Below, in pieces: positions 56,242 to 64,000 of a stretch of DNA of 64,000 bases (position 1 is its first letter; the number at the start of each line of letters is the position of its first letter). A model generated the notes under the pieces. It did no database searches. It was not told the DNA's origin and worked only from the letters and a program-made list of their open reading frames with translations. Both the position numbers and the translations under genes were made by a program. Where the stretch lies: positions 18,138 through 82,137 of IMG/VR virus record IMGVR_UViG_645058824_000001; one strand, given 5' to 3'. The DNA comes from a virus. Its lineage: Duplodnaviria > Caudoviricetes.

Positions 56242-56781
56242 CTACTTGGCCTTGAGGCCGGCCTTCACGGCGGCAGCGATCTGGGCGCTCACGGTGTCGC
56301 CGAGCTCGGCGGCGACCATGTCGCGGGCCTGCTTCACCGCGTCGGCGATCTCCGACTCGAACGCGCGCTTCACCTCGGCCCGCACCGCCTGCTGGAGGAT
56401 GCTGCCGTTCTCGCGGTGGTAGCGGTCGGCGGGCTCGGACAGCTGCTTGCGGGCCTCGTCGGCGATGATCTCGGCGAGGGTGGTCTCAGCCCCGTTGATG
56501 CGCTCCCCGTAGCTGTTGGTCTTGTAGATCGGCCGGGCGAGGGCCTCGTCGATGGACGGGCGGACCGCGGCGCGGATCTCCTCGTTGCGGATGTCCATGA
56601 CCTTCTCGCGCAGGTACGGCCACTGGTCGTCCTTGACGAGACGGGCGACGATCTGCTCCGCGACGAGGTCGGCGACGGTCTTGCCGCCCTCGGTGTAGGT
56701 GTCGCCGTCCTCGTCGAAGCTGACGACGTCCGCGACGATCGTGCTGAGGGTGATGTCGTCGACCTTGATCTCGATGTTCAA
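56242..56781 (-). CDS. Hypothetical protein
   Basis: GGAG RBS; helical. Confidence 0.65.
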   Translation of the reverse strand: MNIEIKVDDITLSTIVADVVSFDEDGDTYTEGGKTVADLVAEQIVARLVKDDQWPYLREKVMDIRNEEIRAAVRPSIDEALARPIYKTNSYGERINGAETTLAEIIADEARKQLSEPADRYHRENGSILQQAVRAEVKRAFESEIADAVKQARDMVAAELGDTVSAQIAAAVKAGLKAK

Positions 56782-56842
56782 CGGTTCTCCTGGGATCCTT
56801 GGGTGGGGTGCCCCGCCGGATTCCGCCCGGCGGGGCGTTCGG

Positions 56843-57970
56843 CTATGTGAGGCGGACGGGCATGCACACGGCCCGGTAGGTGTCGATCACTCGGCCTTCG
56901 TCGTCGACGGGCTGGATCAGCACCGGCTTGTTCGGGGTGGTGAACCAGATCTGCACCTGGCCGCTGATCGGGGCGAGCAGCGAGCCGAGGAAGCCGGGCC
57001 GGTAGCCGGCCGTGAACCCGTCCAGGTCCGTGATCTCCGCGTCGACACGGGAGGCGCCCTTGGAGCCTTCGACGCCGCCTGTCACTGTCACCTGGTCCTG
57101 GTCGAAGGACAGGCGGATGGCCTGCTCTTCCTTGTGGTTGACCAGTGCGGCCCGCTTCACGGCCTCCAGCAGCTCTGCGGCGTCGGCGCGCAGCCAGCCC
57201 GAGGCTGCCGCCGGGTTGGGGAAGAAGTTGTCGATGTTGGGGAACGGGGTGGCGACGGTGCGGCTGGTCACGGTCAGTGTGTCGTTGGCCAGGGCGGCGA
57301 CGGTGATGTTGTTGGTGAAGGAGACCCGGACCGGGCCGCCGGCCAGCTGCTTGCAGGTGGCGGCCAGGTGGGCGGCGGGCACCAGCAGGTCGTCTGCGGT
57401 CTCGCCGTCCGGGGTCCACGGGATGCGGTGCCGAACAATCCGGTACCGGTCGGAGGCGGACACTGTGAGGTGGTCGCCGTCGGCGGCAATGTGGACGCCC
57501 CGGAAGCCTTCCAGGCTGCCCGCGGCTTCCTTGTCGGGCATGGACGCCTGCGCGGCATGCACCACGGCTGCGGCCAGCAGGTCACCGTCCACCGTGCCCG
57601 CCGCCTCCGGGGCCTGCGGCAGCTCCGGATAGTCGCGGCGGTCCATCGTGGGCAGCGTGAACGTGGTGCCCGGCGCGGCGAGCGTCAGCTCCTGGTCGTC
57701 GGCGACCACGTCGACCGGCCCGGTCGGCATGGCCGCGGTGACGTCGGCGAGCAGCCGGCCCGACACGAGGACGTGCCCGGTCTCCAGGACGTCGGCGGCG
57801 AGGGTGGCGCGGGTGCTGGTCTCGTAGTCGAACCCGGACAGGGTGACCGAGTCGCCGTCGGTTTCGAGCAGGAGCCCGCCGAGGAGGGGCTGCAGCGGGT
57901 TGTTGGGGAGGCGGCGGTGGGCGCGCTTGGCGGCCTCCGCGAACAGCTTTTGGTCGATGCGGATCTTCAT
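56843..57970 (-). CDS. dnaN: DNA polymerase III beta sliding clamp homologue
   Basis: LSGFDYE, VSGRLLA, ASDRYRI, FPN, KPVLI...YRAVCMPVRL. Confidence 0.9.
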   Translation of the reverse strand: MKIRIDQKLFAEAAKRAHRRLPNNPLQPLLGGLLLETDGDSVTLSGFDYETSTRATLAADVLETGHVLVSGRLLADVTAAMPTGPVDVVADDQELTLAAPGTTFTLPTMDRRDYPELPQAPEAAGTVDGDLLAAAVVHAAQASMPDKEAAGSLEGFRGVHIAADGDHLTVSASDRYRIVRHRIPWTPDGETADDLLVPAAHLAATCKQLAGGPVRVSFTNNITVAALANDTLTVTSRTVATPFPNIDNFFPNPAAASGWLRADAAELLEAVKRAALVNHKEEQAIRLSFDQDQVTVTGGVEGSKGASRVDAEITDLDGFTAGYRPGFLGSLLAPISGQVQIWFTTPNKPVLIQPVDDEGRVIDTYRAVCMPVRLT

Positions 57971-58182
57971 CAGGCGGCCTCGGCCTGCTGCTCGACCTCG
58001 GTCTCGACGGCCGCGTCGTCGGTGTCGCCCCAGCGGGACTCGGGCTGGGCGTAGCCCTCGGTCTGCAGGGCGGTCAGGGGGAACAGGTTGAGCTGGTCCA
58101 TCGCGATCTCTCCTGTGGGATGCTGGTGTCGGATCCCCGGGCGGTGCCTTCGCTCGGGGGTTCTTCTGTCTGGCCTGGTAGG

Positions 58183-58638
58183 TCAGCTGTTGCTGGTCGA
58201 GGTGGCTTTCTCGCGTGCTTCCGCGATGCGGTCGCGGGTTTCGCGCAGCCACTTGGCGACCTCGGCCGGGTCGTCCCCTGCGTCGAGCCGGTCCGCGGCC
58301 TGTTCGGCGAGCACGTTGAGCCGGCCGATCGCGGCCCGTTCCGCGGCGCGGGTGCGCTCGCCGTGTCCGGCCCAGAACTGGTCGGCTTCCGCCTGCCGCT
58401 TTTCGTGCTCCTTGTCGCGGAGCAGGTCGGCGCGGGACAGGAGGCGGATGACGGCGAGCGCGAGGTCGGTGGTGTGGTCGGTGTGCCACAGCACCCACCG
58501 GTCCTGGTCGATGGCGTTGAGCGCGGCCTGCTCGGCGGGGGTGCGGGTGGCGTTGGCGGCGATGATGGCGGCTGCTTTCTCGGCGGCCTCACGCCGCTGC
58601 TGCTCGAAGGGGGTTGGCTTCTTCGTGGTCGTGGCCAT
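58183..58638 (-). CDS. Hypothetical protein
   Basis: GGAG RBS. Confidence 0.6.
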   Translation of the reverse strand: MATTTKKPTPFEQQRREAAEKAAAIIAANATRTPAEQAALNAIDQDRWVLWHTDHTTDLALAVIRLLSRADLLRDKEHEKRQAEADQFWAGHGERTRAAERAAIGRLNVLAEQAADRLDAGDDPAEVAKWLRETRDRIAEAREKATSTSNS

Positions 58639-59203
58639 GTCGTGCTCCTGGGGTGCTGGTGTGGTGTTGGGCGCCGCCCCGGCCGGCCTTCGCCATCCGG
58701 CCGGGGCGGCGGTCTAGGCGGCCGGGAGGGGCTGGGTGTCGTCGTCCTGCCGTGCCCAGGCGGGGGTGTGGGCGGGGTTTGGCGAGGGGTGATTCCCACA
58801 GCGGGCGCGGCGTGCAGTGGCGGCGGATCTCCTCGGCGGACAGCTCCTGCGTCTTGGCGATGACGTGCTCCGCCTTCACGCCGACGTCGACGCGGCGTTC
58901 CAGGTCGGCGATGCGCCGGTCCCGGAGGCGGATGACGTCCTCGGCCTGCTGCAGTGCCTTCTCGGCGAGGAGACGCCGCTGCTGCTCCTGCTCCCACGCC
59001 TCGTTGGTGACCGTGACGTCCTCCGCGAGGAGGGCGAAGTGGTCGTCGGCGGCGGCCTGCCGGTCCCACAGCTTGACGTTCTCGGCGCGGAGTTCGGCGA
59101 GTTCGGCCGCGTGCTGTGCTTCCAGTTCGGCGATGCGGTCATCGGCGCGGTGCTTCCGCCGCGGCTTCTCCCGGCGGCCCGGCAGCAGGTCGGTGAGGCT
59201 CAC
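58589..59203 (-). CDS. Hypothetical coiled-coil protein (3' end uncertain)
   Basis: TAGGAG RBS; heptads. Confidence 0.55.
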   Translation of the reverse strand: MSLTDLLPGRREKPRRKHRADDRIAELEAQHAAELAELRAENVKLWDRQAAADDHFALLAEDVTVTNEAWEQEQQRRLLAEKALQQAEDVIRLRDRRIADLERRVDVGVKAEHVIAKTQELSAEEIRRHCTPRPLWESPLAKPRPHPRLGTAGRRHPAPPGRLDRRPGRMAKAGRGGAQHHTSTPGARHGHDHEEANPLRAAAA

Positions 59204-59325
59204 TGCGTTCTCCTAGCGGTCGTTGCTGATGCGGTTGCCGAAGACGGCGAGGAACCCGATGCCGGCGAGGGCGATCCAGCCGGTGACGCTGATCTGGCAG
59301 GCGGCCAGCAGCGACGGCAGCGGGA

Positions 59326-59568
59326 TCACGCTGCCTCCAGTGCTCGCCGGCAGTCGGCTGCGGTGGTGGGCTGCCGTTCGGGGGCGACGGGTCCGTGGGC
59401 GAGGAGTACGGAGGCGAGCGGCAGGACGGTCCGCTGGGGGCCGTCGATGCGGGCCATGAGCGGCTCGCCCGTCTCGGACACGTCGCACGTCCACAGCCAG
59501 TGCGAGTCGTCCACGGCGACCTGTACGCGGTCCAGGTCTATGGCCGTGCCCTCGAGGAACGTCGTCAT
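59326..59568 (-). CDS. Conserved hypothetical protein
   Basis: IDLDRVQVAVDDSHWLW. Confidence 0.6.
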   Translation of the reverse strand: MTTFLEGTAIDLDRVQVAVDDSHWLWTCDVSETGEPLMARIDGPQRTVLPLASVLLAHGPVAPERQPTTAADCRRALEAA

Positions 59569-59569
59569 C

Positions 59570-59818
59570 TCACGCCACCTCCGGCAGCGTTTTGATCTGC
59601 TCCTGCCGCTGCTTCCACGCGGCGATCTGGGCGATCGCTTCCTGGAGTTGGGTGAGCGTGTCGGCCGGCGAGTTGGTGACGCTGATGGCGATCTGCTGGC
59701 TGCCCTCGCCGAACACGAGCCGGGCGAACGGCCTGCCGTCCTCGCAGCGGCCGTAGGTGGCGGCGACCGGGCCGTCACGCAGGTCGAGGGCTATCGGGCC
59801 GTACAGTTGGGCGCTCAC
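59570..59818 (-). CDS. Hypothetical protein
   Basis: Coupled ORF. Confidence 0.6.
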   Translation of the reverse strand: MSAQLYGPIALDLRDGPVAATYGRCEDGRPFARLVFGEGSQQIAISVTNSPADTLTQLQEAIAQIAAWKQRQEQIKTLPEVA

Positions 59819-60594
59819 GACGCCTCCTTCGGCGCAGGGTTGGTCTGGTTGGCGGCGGCCTTCGGTGTGGCGCCGTCGGCGAGCAGGTAGAGCAGGTTCA
59901 CCGCGTCGTCGTCGTGGCCTGCCACCTCCATTGCCTGGGCCGTCTCGTGCAGCACCTTGGCGTCGTGCTGGGCGAGGGCGTCGGCGGCGAAGTCCGGCCC
60001 GGTCTCGGTCCAGACCGTGGCCTGCGTCAGCAGGTGGAGGGCGCCGAGCGCGGCGGTGCCGGGGTCTTCGAGGTCGTAGCAGAGGGAGCCGAGAGCGACG
60101 CGGGCTTCGACGGCCGCCTTCTCCAGCTCGGTGATGCGGGCCTTCGCGGTGGCGAGTTCGGCGGTGGCCTGCTCGTACTCGGCGTCGTCGAGGGACTGCT
60201 GGTGGCGCAGGTGCTGGATCTCCGCCAGCAGGGCGGGGACGTCCTCGCCCGCGAGTTGGTCGGCCTCGGGCGGCAGGGGCACGTACTCGTAGAGGTGGGC
60301 GGCGCGGGCGTCGATCTCTGCGAGCCGCTGCTCGTCGAGCGGGGGCTGGTCACCGCCCGGCACCGGCAGGGCACCCAGGACGGCCACAGCGTCGTCGGTC
60401 GTCTTCGCGGTGCCCGGGATGACGTGCCCGGCCCGCGTCGCATACGCGACCTGCTCCGGCGTCGGCTGTACGCCGTGCACGTCAGCCCGGTGCGCGGCCA
60501 GATGCCAGTCACGGGCCTCCACGAACTCGTCGGGGATACCGTGCGCCGACCACCGGCAGGAGGGGTCGGGGCAGTAGATCGGGGAGATCTTCAC
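59815..60594 (-). CDS. Hypothetical protein (Zn motif, coiled coil)
   Basis: CPDPSC...H. Confidence 0.6.
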   Translation of the reverse strand: MKISPIYCPDPSCRWSAHGIPDEFVEARDWHLAAHRADVHGVQPTPEQVAYATRAGHVIPGTAKTTDDAVAVLGALPVPGGDQPPLDEQRLAEIDARAAHLYEYVPLPPEADQLAGEDVPALLAEIQHLRHQQSLDDAEYEQATAELATAKARITELEKAAVEARVALGSLCYDLEDPGTAALGALHLLTQATVWTETGPDFAADALAQHDAKVLHETAQAMEVAGHDDDAVNLLYLLADGATPKAAANQTNPAPKEAS

Positions 60595-60830
60595 GACGCC
60601 TCCCCGAGGGTGACGCCGAAGCGGCGGGCGAACTCGACGAACGGCAGGTGGTCCTCGGGGCGAGGAGCGAGCACGCCGGCCTCGATCAGGCTTGCGACGT
60701 GGATGACGTCGATCTCGACGTGCGGGATACCGGCGCCGTCCGTGTAGCTGATCGTGTTGATGCCGAGCTCGGCGCACAGGTGCTTGATGAAAGCGGTGGT
60801 CTCATCCGGCTTGGGGGTCAGGTCGCTCAT
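60591..60830 (-). CDS. Hypothetical protein
   Basis: ATGA-coupled to the RAMP-like gene. Confidence 0.65.
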   Translation of the reverse strand: MSDLTPKPDETTAFIKHLCAELGINTISYTDGAGIPHVEIDVIHVASLIEAGVLAPRPEDHLPFVEFARRFGVTLGEAS

Positions 60831-61498
60831 GCGCCGGCCTCCCACTTGATGACCTCGTAGCGACCGAAGCCCTGCGAGCGGGATGCGCCGACGCCCTGCT
60901 GCTCACCGGTGAGCCAGAGCATGGCCCACTCTTCGTCGGTGAACGCGTAGTCGGAGATGATCGTGAAGTCGAACTCGGCGACCTCGATGAACTCCGTGTA
61001 CTGGATGCCGGTCTGGCCGGTACGCGGGTTCTTCGGGAAGGACTGGAGGACGCCGGTCGGTTCGGCGACGCCGAGGGGGAGCTTGTCCTCGACGACCATG
61101 ATGTGTTCGGCGACGAAGCCCTGGACGCCCTTGTTGGTGGAACCCCAGCGGGCCTTGAGCTTGTCGACGGAGCGGGCGACGGAGGCGGCTTCCTTGATGG
61201 CGGCCTTGAGCTGACGGCCCTCGATGTAGAGGCCGTGCTCGTCGCGCTTGAAGCCGTTGAGGTGCTTGTTCTGGTCGACGAGCTTGGCGGCTTCGTCGGC
61301 GGTGACGCCGCGGTCGACCATGGTCTGGGCGACGGCTTCGCGGATGAGGTCGTCCTTGTCGGCGAGCTTGGTGCGGAGCCATCCTTCGGCGACCTTGGGG
61401 TCGGTGGGGACACCGCCGGCGAGGTTGCGGACGCGGATGGTTCCGTGGAAGCGGTGGGGCCATGCCTTGTTGGTGTAGTTGGCGAAGATGCTGGTCAT
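60827..61498 (-). CDS. Stand-alone Cas7/RAMP-like protein (223 aa)
   Basis: N-terminal strand with GG (FHGTIRVRNLAGG), YIEGRQLKAAIKEAA helix, C-terminal G-loop GVGASRSQGFGRYEV; AAAGGA RBS; no cas genes or CRISPR nearby. Confidence 0.75.
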   Translation of the reverse strand: MTSIFANYTNKAWPHRFHGTIRVRNLAGGVPTDPKVAEGWLRTKLADKDDLIREAVAQTMVDRGVTADEAAKLVDQNKHLNGFKRDEHGLYIEGRQLKAAIKEAASVARSVDKLKARWGSTNKGVQGFVAEHIMVVEDKLPLGVAEPTGVLQSFPKNPRTGQTGIQYTEFIEVAEFDFTIISDYAFTDEEWAMLWLTGEQQGVGASRSQGFGRYEVIKWEAGA

Positions 61499-61519
61499 GT
61501 GGTGAGTTCCTTTCAGTGA

Positions 61520-62140
61520 CCTGGGTGGTCGGTTGGGACGGGCGGGTACGAGGAGAGCGGCGTGGGACAGAGATGGGTCGTCGTTACGGCTTGGGGCCGT
61601 GTCGGTCGGTGTTGGGTAGTCGGCGCGGTCAGGGTTGGGAGGCGTCGGGACGGGTTGTCGTTCAGGCATGGGCGGGGCGGCAATGGCCGGGGAAGTCGAC
61701 TAGGAAGGGTCAGAGACGAGGCGAGTCGGGTAGTCGCGGGGGTTGAAGCGAGGAGCCATGAAGTGGGAAGTCGGTGGGGGTCGGTTGGAGGGGTGACGGC
61801 TAGTCGGTCAGTGCGGGATCGGATCGGGATGGGTAGAACCGTCGATCAGGTTCGGGCCGCTACGGCTCGACTTGGCGGGTCGTGTGAATCGGTGCGAGTT
61901 GAACTGCGGTGACATGTCGATGGGGCAGGGAAGCGTCGAACCGGTGGGAGATGAAAAGTCGGCTAGGACTCGGGCCGTACAGGGCTGTGCGGTAGGGAGT
62001 CGGGTGGTCGGCGTGATGCGCGGTGGGCCGAGGCGGCTTGAAAAGTCGACGAGGGCCGGGGCGGGCGGAGAAGGCGCGATCGCGGCTAGAATGGTCGGCT
62101 GCTTTGCGGCGAGAAGTTCGGTGTGGGGCGCGGTGTGTCG
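61520..62140 (-). repeat. Non-coding pentamer-periodic array: ~15 units of 33-52 nt (mostly 37-39), each CGAC-NN-(nnC-NN)x6-9; candidate guide-RNA array
   Basis: On the minus strand a C recurs every 5 nt; triplets are mostly CCC/GCC/CTC/TTC/ACC; CGAC marks unit starts at 62140, 62097, 62048, 62002, 61961, 61919, 61882, 61844, 61806, 61773, 61736, 61698, 61660, 61622, 61583. Confidence 0.85.
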
Positions 62141-62154
62141 GCCGGTGCTCTTCG

Positions 62155-62718
62155 TCATGCCGCTGCTCGCGGAACCGCTCGCGGACCCTGCTGGGTCACC
62201 GACCGGTACATCTCCAAGTACTGCTCCTCGGTGAACACCTCACCGACCACCCGGCCGCCGATCTTCTTCGCGACCGCCCGATGGAACGCCGCCTCCAACT
62301 TCGAGATCCGCGCCGCGTCCTCGTACTTCGCGGCCACGAACCGGCAGTCATCGGCGGTCATGTTCGCCACCGCCCGCCGCGTGTTCGCCTCATCGACCAC
62401 GTACTCGGCAGCGAACGGGCTCAACACCCTTACGTCGCCGTCCGTCGTGAAGCTACGTGCCGCCTCGGCGAACGCGCGCCGCGGGGCACCGACACGAGCC
62501 GTCTGCCGCTTGCTGTTCGACCGTCGGGCCACGACGTCCGCCAGGATTACGGGCGCCTTCAAGTGCAGCCAGCCGGCAAGCAACTCCGGGTCCTCGACTC
62601 GCAGGCGGTCGACGAGGTCGGCGGCAACCACCGACGCCACGTAGTCGCCCTCGGGTATCGCGGCCTCCACTGCCTGCTGCATCTCGGCGATGAAGTCGCG
62701 ATCTGTCACACTGGTCAC
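62155..62718 (-). CDS. Hypothetical helical protein directly upstream of the array
   Basis: GTG after AAAGGAAAGG; 187 aa. Confidence 0.75.
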   Translation of the reverse strand: MTSVTDRDFIAEMQQAVEAAIPEGDYVASVVAADLVDRLRVEDPELLAGWLHLKAPVILADVVARRSNSKRQTARVGAPRRAFAEAARSFTTDGDVRVLSPFAAEYVVDEANTRRAVANMTADDCRFVAAKYEDAARISKLEAAFHRAVAKKIGGRVVGEVFTEEQYLEMYRSVTQQGPRAVPRAAA

Positions 62719-62799
62719 GCGGCCTTTCCTTTCTTGTGGTGAGTTCAGGAGGGTCGTTCCGGCCGGTCGCCTCTGGTGGCCGGCCTTCTGCATGCCGGC

Positions 62800-63129
62800 T
62801 CAGGCGGCGATGGGCTGGAGCTGCTTCCCCGCGGGCTGCGGGCTCTCCGCGGCCGGCGCGGAAGCGCGGGCCCGGCGGGGACGCCCTCGCCGAGCGGAGG
62901 CATTGCGGTGCATCGCGGCGATGTCCGCGAGGTCGGAGTCGCTGAACACCAGCCGGCCGCTCATGCGGTGGTGGGGGAAGCCCTTGTGGTTGACGCCGTC
63001 GCGGAGCCAGCGGATACCGCTCTCGTCGTCGGGGTCGGTGGGGTCGTTCAGGCCGAGCTTCTCGGCGGCCTGCTTGACGTTGTAGAAGCCCTCAAGCTGC
63101 TTGGTGGGGGTGGGCTTTCGGGTGGACAT
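62800..63129 (-). CDS. Excisionase-like HTH protein
   Basis: FYNVKQAAEKLG...WLRDG...RLVFSDSDL. Confidence 0.7.
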   Translation of the reverse strand: MSTRKPTPTKQLEGFYNVKQAAEKLGLNDPTDPDDESGIRWLRDGVNHKGFPHHRMSGRLVFSDSDLADIAAMHRNASARRGRPRRARASAPAAESPQPAGKQLQPIAA

Positions 63130-63130
63130 G

Positions 63131-63388
63131 TCACCTCTTTCCTAGGGGGTTGTCCTGCGGGGATGGGCGCAGTAGTTGCGTGGAGTCGGCCGGCAGGCCG
63201 AGTGCTGTGCGGAGCCGCTGGTAGGGACCGGGTCTCATGCGGGTGCGGTATCCGTTTTCGAGGTGGTTGAGGTAGCGCCTGGATATGAGTGCTGCCTTGG
63301 CCAGCTCTGCGGTGCTCAGCCCTGCCTGCATGCGGAGCTTGCGGATTTCCGCCCCTATCACCTCGTAGGTGGGAGGGGGTTGTTCCAT
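63131..63388 (-). CDS. Cro-like Xre HTH regulator
   Basis: IRKLRMQAGLSTAELAKAALISRRYLNHLENG. Confidence 0.85.
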   Translation of the reverse strand: MEQPPPTYEVIGAEIRKLRMQAGLSTAELAKAALISRRYLNHLENGYRTRMRPGPYQRLRTALGLPADSTQLLRPSPQDNPLGKR

Positions 63389-63397
63389 GCCTAGAAC

Positions 63398-63569
63398 CTA
63401 GCGGGTTCTAGCGGGTTCGTCTAGCGGTTCTTAGCGGGTATTAGCGCGAGTTCGCTGCGTGACGTCATGGCCAATGGTTCACGGCCGCATGCCTGTGCGA
63501 TGACTTTGCGCAATCATGGGGGCACGTTCCGGACTGAGCGGCCCCACTCCTAGCTGGTCCTAGCGGGTC
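63398..63569. promoter_or_regulatory. Genetic-switch operators: 10-bp direct repeats (C/T)TAGCGGGT(T/C)
   Basis: Copies at 63398, 63408, 63421, 63431, 63441, 63550, 63560 between divergent cro and cI. Confidence 0.7.
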
Positions 63570-63586
63570 CTGGCAGGATGTGTCTC

Positions 63587-64000
63587 ATGGGTAACGACCT
63601 CGGACGCCTAGCGACGCTCGTAAAGGAGCGGCGCCTCGAGCTCGGGCTGGGCGTAGAGCCCGCCGCCAAGCTCACCGGCATGAGCAAGGACACGTGGAAA
63701 AAGGTCGAGGCAGCCCAGACAGTCCGGGCCACCTCGTACACCAACATCGAACGTGCCCTCCAGTGGGCGCCCGGCAGCTGCCGGCGCATCCTCGCCGGAG
63801 GCGACCCCGTTGCCACAGAGGCACTCTCCTCCGCTCCCAGCAAGTCGCTCGCCCTCATCCCCAGAGACGAACTGGAGCGTCAGGTCGGCGACGCCATCAA
63901 CCGCGCCGCCCTGGGCGTGAAGAGCGACCTGACGGCAGAACAGATCCTCGAGCTGAACGAGCGCGTGCTGGACGAGCTACGCAAACGAGGCGTGCTCTAA
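63587..64000 (+). CDS. CI-like immunity repressor (Xre HTH)
   Basis: LVKERRLELGLGVEPAAKLTGMSKDTWKKVE; divergent from cro; alternative start 63578. Confidence 0.85.
   Translation: MGNDLGRLATLVKERRLELGLGVEPAAKLTGMSKDTWKKVEAAQTVRATSYTNIERALQWAPGSCRRILAGGDPVATEALSSAPSKSLALIPRDELERQVGDAINRAALGVKSDLTAEQILELNERVLDELRKRGVL

Larger units (their letters stand above)
1..64000 (-). mobile_element. Temperate siphovirus prophage (partial; both ends outside the window)
   Basis: Contiguous terminase-portal-capsid-tail order, phage replication and recombination genes, divergent CI/Cro pair; no host housekeeping genes seen. Confidence 0.95.

Noticed and set aside
24171-59219. Recurrent CTCCTAG(CGG) motif as a dispersed repeat or att site
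   Set aside because: On the minus strand it is TAGGAG, i.e. an RBS a few bases upstream of start codons, often doubling as a stop codon.
61499-61669. N-terminal extension of the RAMP ORF given by the ORF track
   Set aside because: It runs through array units; a good RBS precedes the ATG at 61498.
61520-62140. The array as a classical CRISPR array or simple microsatellite
   Set aside because: There is no identical 23-47-bp repeat separated by spacers, and the pentamers are not copies of one another: only the C-ending triplet register and CGAC are conserved.
61808-62158. 116-aa ORF (and other ORFs on both strands) across the array
   Set aside because: The 5-nt periodicity is incompatible with codon structure; there is no RBS and the product is low-complexity Pro/Ser/Thr. 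The ATGA overlap is probably chance, though not excluded.
1-64000. tRNA, rRNA, integrase/att sites, cas1-cas3
   Set aside because: None recognisable in this window.

Overview
A GC-rich, Streptomyces-like segment that lies entirely inside one temperate siphovirus prophage. Almost all genes are on the minus strand. Read from the right end: CI/Cro switch (63.1-64 kb); Xis-like gene; a ~620-bp non-coding array with strict 5-nt periodicity in ~38-nt units, directly upstream of a stand-alone Cas7/RAMP-like gene (60.8-62.2 kb; the most striking feature); recombination and replication genes (sliding clamp, DEDDh exonuclease, RecE-like, Sak4-like, WhiB, initiator, DnaC-like, DnaB), a C5 DNA methyltransferase and MazG; many small accessory cassettes with palindromic operators; an AICE/plasmid-type conjugation module (TraB/FtsK, TRS-like 8-mer repeats, Spd-like membrane proteins, Nudix pair); late regulators; a displaced tail-fibre/NlpC-P60/SAM-methyltransferase block; HNH genes and a probable cos region; a Prim-Pol gene; then terminase, portal, capsid, two glycosyltransferases inside the head-tail connector block, tail genes with a GGGAAAG -1 frameshift, and the 5' part of the tape measure gene. 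Integrase, att sites and lysis genes are not in the window. All protein calls come from motif recognition by eye; no database searches were run.
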